Below are positions 12,190-25,039 of a stretch of DNA of 64,000 nucleotides, in pieces. Positions within the stretch are counted from its first letter, which is position 1, and each line of letters begins with the position of its first letter. The notes beneath the pieces are model-generated. The model was not told where the DNA came from, did not search any database, and saw only the letters and a list, made by a program, of their open reading frames with translations. The DNA is from Malacoraja senta (Eukaryota). Location of the stretch: contig CM075993.1 of assembly GCA_038087875.1 (NCBI GenBank), positions 6,326,001 through 6,390,000 of the forward strand. The letters are read 5' to 3'. The position numbers were made by a program, and so were the translations under genes.

Positions 12190-13150
12190 ATCTTACCTGG
12201 AACAGGGATTGTCCGAACGAACCATCACCACCATGTCGGCATCCCTTTGAACATCCACCAAGAGGCAGTACTGAATCAGCATAAGAAAATGGGAGAAGTA
12301 CTGCCAGGAAACAGGGACAACGTATGCAACAGCCACAGCACCAACGTACTGGAATTCCTGGCCCATCTACACCATGATGAAGGGATCAGTTACAGTGCCA
12401 TCAACACAGCGCGAAGTGCTCTTTCTGCTTATCTCAAACCAGCAGGACAACAGGCAATGGGATCCCATCCACTGGTGGTAAAACTGATGAAGGGCATTTA
12501 TGATATCAAGCCCCTAAACCCAGGTATACCCATATTTGGGATATCAGTGTGGTCCTGACATACCTCAGGGAATGGCCACCAGCCAGATCCCTCAGCCTCG
12601 AGCAATCTACACTAAAGACGCTCATGTTGATGGCACTTGTATCCGCTCAGAGGGTCCAGTCACTACACAAGTTGAGGCTGGACAACATGGTGACCACCCC
12701 AGATCAGATCACATTCATCATACAGGGTCTGGTGAAGCAAAGCAGGCCAGGAACAGCTAATCCACTGGTGGTATTCCGGGCCTACCCACAAAAGCCACGG
12801 TTGTGTGTCGTGACCCATCTACAACATTACATAGACACAACCCACAATATAAGAGGGAGTGAAAAAGCCTTATGGGTCAGCCACAAGTAACCTCATGGCC
12901 GGGTAACGAGCCAAACCATTTCAAGATGGCTCAAACAGGTACTGAAGGCTGCCGGAATAGATACTAATACATTTAAATCTCATTCCACTAGGGCAGCATC
13001 TACATCAACGGCTGACAGAATGGACGTACCGGTTGACCATATTCTGAATACAGCAGGATGGTCGAGGGAAACGACATTCAGAACTTTTATAATAAGCCGT
13101 TGATGAAACCTGATTTATTTGCAGAGAAAATATTACAAGCTGCAAATATT
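12190..13150 (+). pseudogene. DIRS tyrosine recombinase, disrupted
   Basis: SYSAINTARSALS, LVSAQRVQSL (catalytic R box), HSTRAAS at ~12981 and AGWS at ~13052. Contains frameshifts and a stop at 12890. Confidence 0.9.
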
Positions 13151-16100
13151 TAAGTTAAGCCCGGGGAAGCACTTTAATTTTGTTATTGTTAATAAATACC
13201 TTTTTTGTTTCTTGAGAAACAGATTCATTGGGTGATTACGATAACACTTCCTCCTCAAGAACTTTCGGCAGTGAGTGAAATAAAACTGTTACACGGTTTG
13301 AAATCACAGAGCTTTGAAATCTTCACGAAGTCACTCACGTGACTCCGAAGTAAAATAGTAAGATTAAACGAGAACTTACCAGTTTGAAGTTTGATCTGTA
13401 TTTTATGAGGAGTTACGATGAGGGATTACGTGCCCTCCGCTCCCACCCTCATTATATGGATCAAACTAATAAATTGATGTCTCCTTTTCTTTACTATGTT
13501 TACTTCAAATACCTGTGTCTATCTGTGATTCCACACCGCTGCTTGGAAGGATGCCGCGCCTGCGCACTGAGCGGGTTCTTCACGTAATCCCTCATCGTAA
13601 CTCCTCATAAAATACAGATCAAACTTCAAACTGGTAAGTTCTCGTTTAATCTTACTATTTTAGCTTAAAAGAAAAAAAACTTGATAAAGGCAGCTCCCAG
13701 AATTCTATACAATATATTCAGTGTTTCAATTCATCAAGCAATGATCCTGCTAACATGACTAGATTTTCAATAGTACTTGTCTGGCAGTGGTTAGATTCTT
13801 GGTCTGAAAAGACAAGTATTCCATTGTGTAATCTCCAATCATTTCCTTTCTTATTCCGCACACAAAACTGTCCAACTTTCTTCATGAGCATCTTAAAGCT
13901 TGGGAGGGGGGGGGGGGGGGGTTGGCAAGATGTGGCCCCACTGCTTTGGCCACTTTGACATTCAGAGGCAACTGGAGCTATTCCCTGCACCACACACACA
14001 CACACCCCTTAACATTTGATATGCAGGAAGGAACAGCAGATGCTGGTTTAAAACCGAAGACAAGGCACAAAATGCTGGAGCAACTCAGCGGGACAGGCAG
14101 CATCTCTGGAGAAATGGTATGGGTGACGTTTCGGGTCGAGACCCTTGTTCAGACTGATCAATAACTTTAACGGTGGCCACGAAAGGCGCAGCGGTAGAGT
14201 TGCCGCCTTATAGCGCTTGCAGCGTCGGAGATCCGGGTTCGATCCCGATTACGGGCGCTGTCTGGAATGATTTTGTACGTTCTCCCGTGACCTGCGTGGG
14301 TTTTCTCCGAGATCTTCGGTTTCCTCCCACACTCCAAAGACGTGGAGGTTTGTAGGTTAATTGGCTTGGCGTATGTGTAAATTGGCCCAGGTATGTGCAG
14401 AATGTTTGTCGAGAGAGGTGCTCGTGAGGCTGCTTGCTGAGAATGTCCTTCAACTTGGGAAACCTCGAATTATGTTGAAATACGAACAATACTCTTTATT
14501 GAGAAATGTTGAAGGTTGCGAATCTTTTCCACTTCTGCTGCGAATGCATAAATGTCTCATCAAATCTCTCGTACTTGGTCCACTCACTTTGAACCCTAGT
14601 AAAGAGCTCCGTTCAATCTTCCAAATCCCAAGGGAACTCCTTTTCAAGAATTCCAGTTCCTTCTTGCAAAGGCACTGCCTGCAGCCAGCGTGGAAAATCT
14701 GACCAAGATTATGCGCAGAATCAAGGAAGCGCAGATGCAGGTACACAAAAATGCTGGAGGAACTCAGCGGGTGCAGCATCATCTATTACAGATGCTGCTG
14801 CACCCGCTGAGTTTCTCCAGCATTTTTGTCTACCTTCGATTTTCCAGCATCTGCAGTTCCTTCTTAAACACAAGTGCAGATGCAGGTTTACCAAAAAGTC
14901 AAAGTGCTGGAGTAACTCAGTGGGTCAGGCAGCATCTGTGGAGGGAATGGACAGTTGACGTTTTGGGTCGGGACACTCCTTCACTTTTACTTTGGTTAGG
15001 AGGGAGAGATAGATCAGCCAAAATTGAATGGCGGAATAGACTTGATGGGCCGAATGGCCTAATTCTACTTCTATCACTTATGACCTGAAGGGTCCTAACC
15101 GAAAGCGTTACCTATTCATGTTCTCCAGAGATACTGACTGACCCACTGAGTTACTCCAGTACTTTGTGACTTTATCATGACCAAGATTAAACTATTAATC
15201 CAGGATTAAAAGTTCCACGCCCATTAATAAATTTATATTGGGCAAACCTGAACGATATCTGGGAACAGGCTCGTTGGAAGCACAAGGAACCTTTCCTTTA
15301 TATTATTCCCATTCGACAAGTTGAATTGAAGCGATTCCCAAAGCAGTATATTGTTAAACCCATGACACAAGCCCAAACTACACAAGATACAGAACAGCAA
15401 TATGCACGGCCAGTTTGAGATTAAGGAGGAACTGTTGGGGCTCAAGGTGTTTGATACAAAACGATGATAGACTCAAAATACTGGAGTAACTCAGCGGGAC
15501 AGGCAGCATCTCTGGAGAGAAGGAATGGGTGACGTTTCAGGTCGAGGCCCATCTTCAGACTCAGCATTTTAGAGTGATACAGTGTGGAAACAGGCCCTTT
15601 GGCCCAACTTGCCCACACCGGCCAACATGTCCCAGCTACACTAGTCCCACCTGCCTGCGTTTGGTCCATATCCCTCCAAACCTGTTCTACCCATGTACCT
15701 GCCTATCTGTTTCTTAAATGATGGGATAGTCCCGGCCTCAATTACCTCCTCTGGCAGCTTGTTCCATACACCCACCACCCTCTGTGTGGAAAAAGTTACC
15801 CCTCGGATTCCTTTCCCCCTTCACCTTGAACCTGGGTCCAGTGGTCCTCGACTTTGTGTCTATCCTTGGTTTGAAGCAGCATCTGCAGTTCCATCGAGCA
15901 CGGGATACAAAACAATGGAAAATCCAACTACGTTGGGAAATAACAAGTAGAACCGTGCCGCTCATGATCAGGCCCTTCGGCCCACAATGTCCGTACCAAA
16001 TAATGACGCCAAGATAGTCACTTACCGACCTGCATAAAACCCATATCCCTCCATATCCACACGCCGTTCCTAAAGTGTTTTAAATGCCACTAACATCTGC

Positions 16101-17299
16101 TAGAAGGGTGGCAGAGTTGCCGTCTCACACCGCCAGAGACCAGTGTTCGATACTGACCAAGGGTGCCGTCTGTATGGGGTTTGAACGCTCTCTCTCTGTG
16201 TGACCGCGTGGGTTTTCTCCGGATGCTCCCGTTTCCTCCTACCTTCCATGTGCAGGTTTTTTGGCTTCTGTACATTATCCCTGGTGGGTATAGAACTAGT
16301 CCACGGGGAACGCCAGTCGGCGCGGACTCATTGGGCTGAAGCGACCGTTTCCCCCGCTGTATCTCCAAACTAAACTGAGAAGCAAAGATCGGTTTCTCTC
16401 ATTGAAGGATGAGTACAACATTCCGAACAACGTTCAGGTCTCCTTCAATCTTTCGGCAGTAAAGACAAAGCACCAGGCCACATTCTGCTGGTCGGCACAG
16501 CCTCGGTGGGACGAAGGGCCTGTTTCCACACTATCTCTAAACTAAACCACGATCCTTGGCAGTGCATTCCAGGCATCCTATGCCCCCCCCCCCCAAACAA
16601 AAATTAGCTCCGCACATCTCCTTTAAACTTTGCCCCTTTCATCTTAAAGCTAGGATCGCTGGTTAGTGCGGACTCAGTGGGCCGAAGGGCCTGTTTCCAC
16701 GCTGTATCTCTAAACTAAGCCCTCTGGCTTTTGATAATTCCACCCCTGGAAACTGGTAGACAAAATTGCTGGAGAAACTCAGCAGGTGAGGCAGCATCTA
16801 TGGAGCGAAGGAAATACGCAACGTTTCGGGCCGAAACCCTTCTTCAGACTGAACTGGAAACTGGTCGTCTGCACCTTCTATCTATCTATCTATCCCTATC
16901 CACCCTATATACGCCTCTTAATTTTGAGTACTTCTATCAGCTCCTGCAACCTCCAGCGTTCAGGTCCATAATCATCCAGGTTTGTCCAGCCTCGCGCTGC
17001 AGCATTCGTCCATGCACGACTTAGGGAGAAGAATGCGTTTCTGCCCATCGCATCCATGCACAATGCAGCCCATCACCGAAGCAAGCACCTACCTTTGCTT
17101 CCCTGCCTCTCAGCAATGGCATCAGTTCCCAGTCAGGGGACCAGGGGGAGTGCAATGTGCACCCTCGTGTATTAGTTGGACGCAGAACCTTCGGGGAAAC
17201 TGGTTCCCACAACAACAAAAATCCGCACTTTTTTGCCGTATGCAGACATCTTTTTCCAATCGATGCCCAGGAATTTCACCTGCATTTAAATTCACCTGG

Positions 17300-17598
17300 G
17301 GCGGCACAGCGGTAGAGTTGCTGCCTTACAGCACCAGAGACCCGGGTTCGATCCCGACCACCGGTGCTGCCTGTACGGAGTTTGCACGTTCTCCCCGTGA
17401 CCGCATGGGTTTTCTCCGGGGTGCTCCGGTTTCCTCCCACGCTCCAAAGACGTACAGGTTTGTAGGTTAATTGGCTTCTGTAAATTGCAACTTGTCCCTA
17501 GTGTGTGCAGGACAGCGCTTGTATACGGGGATCGCTGGTCAGCGCGGACTCGGTGGGCCGAAGGGGCAGAGCTTCCACACTGTATCTCTAACGTCTAA
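17300..17598 (+). mobile_element. HE1-like V-SINE, near full length
   Basis: tRNA head, V-core and tail as in the copy at 625. Confidence 0.9.
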
Positions 17599-17659
17599 CG
17601 TGGATGGGATCCCCTAAACAAAAAGCAATGCATCGTTCACAAACAAAACAAAAAAAAAA

Positions 17660-18031
17660 GGGCCTGTCCCACTTAGGCGATTTTTTAGGCAACTACAGGC
17701 GACTAGGCTGTTGCCACATGGTCACCGGGATGTCGCCTGTATGGTCATGAGTCGTCTCCTCTGAATTGTCATCAGTGGTCGCCAATAGGGTCGTAGCTTG
17801 TCGCGGGTGGACGTAGGTTGACTTGTCGTGGGTCGTCGCCTGAGTGGTCGTAGGTGGACGTCCTAATGGGTCGGCTGTTGTCGGTAGCTTGACGTCGACT
17901 AGGCGGTAGGTTGTTGCAGTTTGTCATAGACATTGTCGTGGAGGGGTGGGGTGGGTTTTTCCGGCAACCTGCTATGACTGAGAGTCGCCGGCAGTCGCCT
18001 AAAAAAAATCGCCTAAGTGGGACAGGCGCTT
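17660..18031. mobile_element. PIF/Harbinger MITE, family B
   Basis: TIR GCCTGTCCCACTTAGGCGATTTTTT / AAAAAATCGCCTAAGTGGGACAGGC. Confidence 0.85.
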
Positions 18032-18491
18032 AAGACAATTTTATTCAATTCAAAAAAGAAAATCTAGATTTTACTTACTGAATTCCTTTAATAATCCATT
18101 CTTGCTTGAAGGATATCCTGCATAACCACAGGCTTTGACCCCTGAAAATAAGCCGTGTCCAGCTCATTCTAGACTAGTGACAGCACCTTGCATTGTTCCT
18201 CCCTCCCCTTCAAACCCTCCCCTCCCCCCCCTCCCCAGAGGACCAGATCCAAAGTAAAAGTGATCCATGCAAATCTGAATGCAGCTGGCAACGAGGCAAT
18301 CCATTCGGATCGGGCCTGTGGGTATTAGTAAGAGAACTGTGATCGATTAGGTACGAGAGAGAGAGAGAAGGGGGGAAAACAAAAAAAAATTTGCTCTGTG
18401 ATCAGACTAGGAGGAACAAATTGTGATCTGTGCAGAGGTGTGCCGGTGGTGGTGGTGGTGGGTTGTTGACGCCGCAGCTACCGTTAGTTAC

Positions 18492-18640
18492 CTGAGCGTG
18501 AAGTGCAGCAGCCGCAGCAGCGGCGGCGGGGTAGGTGAACGCAGCATGTGGGATGGCGGGGGTCAGTTCTGTTGTGTATAGTGGATAGGGAGCCCAAGCC
18601 TCTGGAGATGCAGGGATGAGTGCTGTTCCCCCAAGGTCAT
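18492..18640 (-). CDS. RBPMS2: RBPMS2 coding exon: (Y)[49 protein letters not shown]
   Basis: Completes the split codon T|AT from the previous exon. Acceptor ttgcag, donor GTAACT; 149 nt. Matches the RBPMS2 C-terminal region. Confidence 0.96.
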
Positions 18641-20770
18641 CTGCAACGTGGAGAGAAAAGCAAAAAAAAATTTAAAAATTAATGTTCTTTAAAAAAAAAA
18701 TAAAAAAATACCGCTTTTAAAAAAAATAAATATTAGACAAAAAAGTCATTCCGGAAAGAACAAATGCAACATTTGTAGACACTACTAAATTCTGGAGTAA
18801 CTCAGCGGGACAGGCAGCTTCCCTGGAGAAAAGGAATGGGTGATGTATCAGGTTGAGACCCTTTCCTTCTCTCCAATTGACCCCCTCTGTTCTCCCCTAC
18901 AACCCTATCTGGTCTCGACCTGAAACGTCACTCATTCCTTTTCTCCAGATGCTGCCTGTCCTGCTGAGTTACGCCAGCATTTTGTGCCTATCCGGTTTAA
19001 ACCAGCATCTGCAGTTCCTTCCTACACAAATGCAACATTTAGTTTAGAGAGACAGAGGGGAAACAGGCCCTTTGGCCCACTGAGTGCACGCCGACCTGCA
19101 ATCCCTGTACGCTAACACCATCCTGCACACTAGGGACAAATTTACATTTACACCAAGCCAATTAACCTGCAAACCTGCACGTCTTTGTAGTGTGGGAGGA
19201 ACCGAAGATCACGGAGAAAACCCACGCAGGTCACGGGGAGAACGTGCAAACTCCGTACAGACAGCACCCGTGGTTAGGATCGAACCCGGGTCTCCGGCGC
19301 TGCAAGGCAGCAGCTCTACCGCTGCGTCACTCCTAAGTGTTCTTTCGTTACATACAGCTTTAAAAACAAAAAAAGGGCACACCAGAAAGAACAAATTCAA
19401 CGTTGAACTGAATACGGCGCTACGACGTAGCTGGTGTTGCTGCCGCCGCCTTGCAGCTCCGGTGATCTACGTTCAATCCTAACCTGGTGTGGAGTTTGCA
19501 CGTTCTCCCTGCGAGTGTGCCGGGTTGCTGCAGGTATTCTGGTTTTCTCCTACATCCAGAAAATGTGGGGATGAATTGACCAGGGAAAATTGCCCTTAAC
19601 ATGTGGAAGATGCACGCAAAACGCTGGCGTAACTCCAACGCGACAGGCAGCATCTCTAGAGAGAAGGAATGGGTGACGTTTCGGGTCGAGACCCTTCTTC
19701 AGACTGATGTCAGGGGAGAGGGAGGTACATGGTGCCCATGTACTATGGTATATAGTATGTATATGTACATAGTGTCTATGCACCTCCCATTTCCCTAATA
19801 TCAGTCTGAAGGATCTCTAGCCGAAACGTCACCAATTCCTTCTCTCCAGAGATGCTGCCTGTCATGTTGGAGTTACGCCAGCATCTTCCCCAAGTTGGGG
19901 GCAATTTTCCCTGGTCAATTCATCCCCACATTTTCTGGATGTAGGAGAAATCCAGAATACCTGCAGCAACCCGGCACACTCGCAGGGAGAACGTGCGAAC
20001 GCCACACGGCCGACGACGGCAGGCTAGGATTCAACGTAGATCACCGTCAGCATTAAACCAGCACCTGCAGTTCCTTCATACACATGTGGTACCCACACCA
20101 ACCATGATGCCCCATCTACACGAGTCACACCAGCTCACTCCAAACCTTCCCTATCCATGTACCTGTCCAAGTAAATATTGTGACATTGTTGAACATGTCC
20201 CATCTTAACGCAAACTACACGATTTGGTGTCTCAAGCTGAAGTGACAACCAGTACCGGGTTTTGGAATTCAATGGGATACCTTTTGAAACAGCCACATTC
20301 ATTTCAAAAGCTTGTTCATTAGGAAAAAGAAACATTCAAATTCAGAAATATTGTTCATATGAACTTCCTTCATGAAGTTTGAATAGGCAATAGACGATAG
20401 ACAATAGACAATAGGTGCAGGAGTAGGCCATTCGGCTCTTCGAGCCAGCACCGCCATTCAATGTGATCATGGCTGATCATCCCCAATCAGTACCCCGTTG
20501 GTCAATAAAGAGCGACTGCCAGCCAGTTTGAACCAGATATTGAATGTGTAGGAAGGAACAGCAGTTGCTGGTTTACACCGATAGACACAAAATGCTGGAG
20601 TAACTCAGTGGGACCGGAAGGGTCTCGGCCCAAAATGTCAACTATTCCTTTTCTCCAGAGATACTGCCTGACCCGCAGAGTTACTCAGGCCTTTCGTGTC
20701 TTTGCTTTAAACCATCTGCAGTTCCTCTTTACACAACTCCCTTACACAACCCCCCCCCCCCTCCCACCTA

Positions 20771-20960
20771 CCCTGTCAGAAGCGTCCACGTCGCGGGGCT
20801 GGAAACTGGAAGTATCCCGAGCTAATTCTGCCACCACCATCATCTATTGCGACAAGTGATGGCTTCCCACTGATGGTCGCCGGAACCTTGCGTCCTTTTC
20901 AGGACGGACGATGACAGCGAGGTCAACGTTTGCGACAAGATGGACACGAAGAGAAGAAGC
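20771..20960 (+). mobile_element. Second copy of the 194-bp HDV-ribozyme element, 5' P1 strand decayed or truncated
   Basis: Collinear with 26320-26510. Retains GCG-TCCACGT-CGC-GGGGCT-GG and GCTAA-TTCTGCCA. Tail CACGAAGAGAAGAAGC. Confidence 0.8.
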
Positions 20961-21198
20961 CCTCTCCTGTGCAGTTTGTGTCTGTCGCCAGATAGTGAAT
21001 GTGATGCATCTACTCTAATCTCACCTTTATTCAAGGGCGACAATTTTTACCCATTACTTTGCAACACATTTAATAAATATATTTTTTTGCCTGGTCTCAA
21101 AATATTCTCACAGCAGCTCATTGGTGTAAAACTGTTGGTGACAACGACGCCCAAGGGAATGACATATTTTGGAGGGTCTCTGGTATCATGAATACTTA

Positions 21199-21404
21199 AG
21201 GGCCTGCCCCACTTGGGCATCATTTGCGCGTCATTTACGCGACATCGTATACGCGTTGTGATGCGCGCATGGCGTGCATTACGTGCGCATGTTGCGTGGT
21301 GACGCAGGCAGAGTCGCGCGCGGCGCCCCAGGATTTTGGGATCCACGAAATCTTTGCGCGCCACCTGCATGATGCTCAAATGACGCCCAAGTGGGACAGG
21401 CCCA
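21199..21404. mobile_element. PIF/Harbinger MITE, family C (related copies at ~7030-7329 and 63229-63392)
   Basis: TIR GGGCCTGCCCCACTTGGGCATCATTT / AAATGACGCCCAAGTGGGACAGGCCC; TTA TSD. Confidence 0.85.
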
Positions 21405-22930
21405 TTAAGCTCATTTCAAGAGCTATAAAGTGCAACCTTCATATCAGTTGCTTTCAGACTCCGAGCAGGAAGACAGAACGAGATGAGGTTACGAGCTCTG
21501 GGCTCCACGCCAGTCATCAATCAGCTCACAGTTACGTAGCAGTATAAACTTTTTAGATTTTTTGACTAAAGTAGTCTTAGGGGTTTTAGTTTGAGACGCA
21601 GGGTGGGAACAGGGCCCTTCGGCCCACCGAGTCCGCACCGACCAGCGATCCCCGCATATCAACACTACCCTACACACACACACACACACACTAGGGACAA
21701 TTTACACTTATACCAAACCAAATGAACTTACAAACTTGCATGCCTGGATTGTGGGAGGAAACCGAAGATCTCGGAGAAAACCCACGTGGTCACACGGACA
21801 AACGATGTGATATTGTATTTATCACAAACTCCATACATTCAGCAGCCGCAGTGGGGATCGAACTCTGGTCTCTGGCACCGTAAGGCAGCAACTCTACCCC
21901 TGCGCCATCCATATAGCATGGAAACAGACCCCTTTGGTCCCAACTTGTCCATGTCGACCACCTGAAACAAGTTCCCAAAACTGACGGCAAGTATGTTACA
22001 TTGTTCTCTGGATAAACCTACACCCAACATTTCCTTAACATGAATAACGTGTTGAGGGCGGCACGATGGCGCAGCGGTAGAGTTGCTGCCTTACAGCGCC
22101 AGAGACCCGGGTTCGATCCCATCAACGGGTGCTGTCCGTACGGAGTTTCTACATTCTCCCTGTGACTGAGTGGGTTTTCTCCGGGTGCTCCGGTTTCCTC
22201 CCCCTTCCCAAAGACGTACACGTTCGCAGGCTCCCGAAAATTGACGCTAGTTTGTAAGATAGAACAAACGTACGGACGATTGCTGGTGGGCATAGACTCA
22301 GCGGGCATTTCCTCTTTGTATCTCTACACCAAACTATGCTGAAGTAACTGGGCAGGTCAGGCAGCATCTCTGAAGAACATGGATAGGTGATGTTTCGGGT
22401 CGGGACCATTCTTCAGTCTGAAACGTCCTGACCGAAAATGCCACCTATCCATGTTGTCCAGAGATGCTGCCTGACCCACTGAGTTACTCCAGCACTTGTG
22501 TGGGTTTTTTTGTAAACCAGCAGCTGCAGTTCCTCATTCCTTCATTAAGATGAGAAGTTTAACTATAGGAGACCAAATAATGTCATTCAGGTGGAACAGG
22601 ATTTTGCGCATTTAGTTAATAAAAAAGTTAAACTTTTACACCCACTCAAGAATATTTATTAATTCTAGATGATATTAAAAGTTAATTTAGTACAAAATGC
22701 ACTCTGGCAATGTTGGTAATTACAGTGCTAAGGTTAAGATTTCTACATTTCAGAACGGCACGGTGGCGCAGCGGTAGAGTTGCTGCCTTACAGCATCAGA
22801 GACTTGGGTTCGATCCCGACTACGGGTGCTGTCTGTACAGAGTTTGTACGTTCTCCCCGTGACCTGCGTGGGTTTTCTCCGGGTGCTCCGGTTTCCTCCC
22901 ACATTCCTAAGACATACAGGTTTGTGGGTT

Positions 22931-23400
22931 AGAAACATAGAAACATAGAAAATAGGTGCAGGAGTAGGCCATTCGGCCCTTCGAGCCTGCACCGCCATTC
23001 AATATGATCATGGCTGATCATCCAACTCAGTATCCTGTACCTGCCTTCTCTCCATACCCCCTGATCCCTTGAGCCACAAGGGCCACATCTAACTCCCTCT
23101 TAAATATAGCCAATGAACTGGCCTCAACTACCTTCTGTGGCAGAGAATTCCACAGATTCACCACTCTCTGTGTGAAAAATGATTTTCTCATCTCGGTCCT
23201 AAAAGACTTCCCCCTTATCCTTAAACTGTGACCCCTTGTTCTGGACTTCCCCAACATCGGGAACAATCTTCCTGCATCTAGCCTGTCCAACCCCTTAAGA
23301 ATTTTGTACGTTTCTATAAGATTCCCCCTCAATCTTCTAAATTCTAGCGAGTACAAGCCGAGTCTATCCAGTCTTTCTTCATATGAAAGTCCTGCCGTCC
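22931..23400 (-). mobile_element. CR1 LINE 3' fragment inserted in a SINE
   Basis: ORF 23027-23356; (TAGAAACA)n tail on the plus strand; the SINE resumes at ~23403. Confidence 0.92.
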
Positions 23401-25039
23401 CAGTTAATTGGCTTTGGAAAGAATTGTACAGGGATCTTTGGTTGGCGCGGACACAGTGGGCCAGAGGGCCTGTTTCAGCGCCATATCTCTAAACTAAACC
23501 AATACAGATTATGAAAGCAGTCAGCACTAATCTATCTGTGGGACCCCTGTGCAATTTAATAAATGCAACAATTTGGACAATTGTCACTAATCTTGAGTGC
23601 AATCTTCAGGTTTAATCTAAGTATTAGTTCAAGAGGTCCAATGCGATGGCTGTCTGCCAATGCTTCAGACTAATTAAGCAATTGGTGACTCTGCAGATCT
23701 AACAAGCAGATCAAACTTAAATCCAACAGAGGCCACACACGATTTAACATTTGGTCATATCTACAGACTGTTCTTTCAATAAAAATCTATGTCCTAACCC
23801 TTGTTGCAAATAATTAATAAATTAACTGAAGAAGGGTCTCGAACCGAAACGTCACCCATTCCTTCGCTCCATAGATGCTGCCTCACCCACTGAGTTTCTC
23901 CAGCATTTTTGTCTACCTTCGATTTTTCCAGCACCTGCAGTTCCTTCTTAAACAATACAATAACTTGCGTCTTTCCCGAAATACAACTTTGCTTTTGAAA
24001 GCGCATCTAATGAAAATAGACTTACGGGGACCTCACCAAAGGTGGCACCTGGTACAGCAGTAGAATTACTGCCTTACAGCGCCAGAGATCTGGGTTCGAT
24101 CCTGACCACGGGTGCTGTCTGTACAGAGTTTGTGCATTCTCCCTGTGACCATGTGTGTTTTAGACAATAGACAATAGGTGCAGGAGTAGGCCATTCGGCC
24201 CTTTGAGCCAGCACCGCCATTCAATGTGATCATCAACAATCAGTACCCCGTTCCTGCCTTCTCCCCCATATCCCCTGACTCGCTATTTTTAAGAGCCTAT
24301 CTAGCTCTCTGTTGAAAGTATCCAGAGAAACGGCCTCCACCGCCCTCCGAGGCAGAGAATTCCGCAGACTCACAAGTCTGTGTGAAAACTCTTGTGTTTT
24401 CTCCGGGAGCTCCGGTTTCCTCCCACACTCCAAAGGCGTGCAGCTTTATAGGTTAATTGGCTTCTGTAAATTGTCCCTGGTGGCTGGAGGGCTGGTTTAC
24501 ACGCTGTATCTCAAAACTAACTAAGCCTTGTACCCTATTTCCAGATGACAGGTCTGGCAGACCATCTAGTTAAGGAGCTTAAAATCTCTTGTCATTTGGA
24601 ACAGTGAAACAAAGCTCAACTCATTGGAACTACCTCAGGAAGAAATTAATATTAAAGATCAACTGAAGACAGACACAAGAAGCTGGAGAAACTCAGCGGG
24701 ACAGGCAGCATCTCTGGAGAGAAGGAATGGGATCAACTATTCAAGGTTAGGTGAAAATGGTGGGGAAACTCAGCGGGTGAGGCAGCATCTATCGAGCGAT
24801 GGAATAGGCGACGTTTCGGGTCTCGACCTATTCCTTCGCTCCATAGATGCTGCCTCACCCGCTGAGTTTCCCCACCATTATCGTCTACCTTCGACTTTTC
24901 CAGCATCTGCAGTTCTTTCTTAAACTCTTCAAGGATAATCGGTGTTTTAAGTAGTAGAGGTTTTACCAAACTAAGTTTTCAGCTATGACATAGTAGGCCA
25001 ATGAAGTCAATGGGGCCTAGCTAAGGTGGTTGGAGGCGA

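Larger units (their letters stand above)
8958..13662 (+). mobile_element. Full-length DIRS1-type tyrosine-recombinase retrotransposon, coding-defective
   Basis: Left ITR 8988-9021 is the exact reverse complement of 13551-13584. The ICR (~13320-13432) is complementary to both termini. TATTTTA occurs at both ends. Internal order is gag, RT, RNase H, methyltransferase, YR. Confidence 0.95.

Noticed and set aside
17093..17279. Possible alternative RBPMS2 exon (VKFLGIDWKK...) with an AAG|GTAGGT donor
   Set aside because: The acceptor lacks a pyrimidine tract and the peptide has no recognisable homology.
1..18078. Search for the terminal RBPMS2 coding exon (RWYP...GWKxRQFC)
   Set aside because: Not found by eye. 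It is presumed to lie below coordinate 1, so truncation is not claimed.
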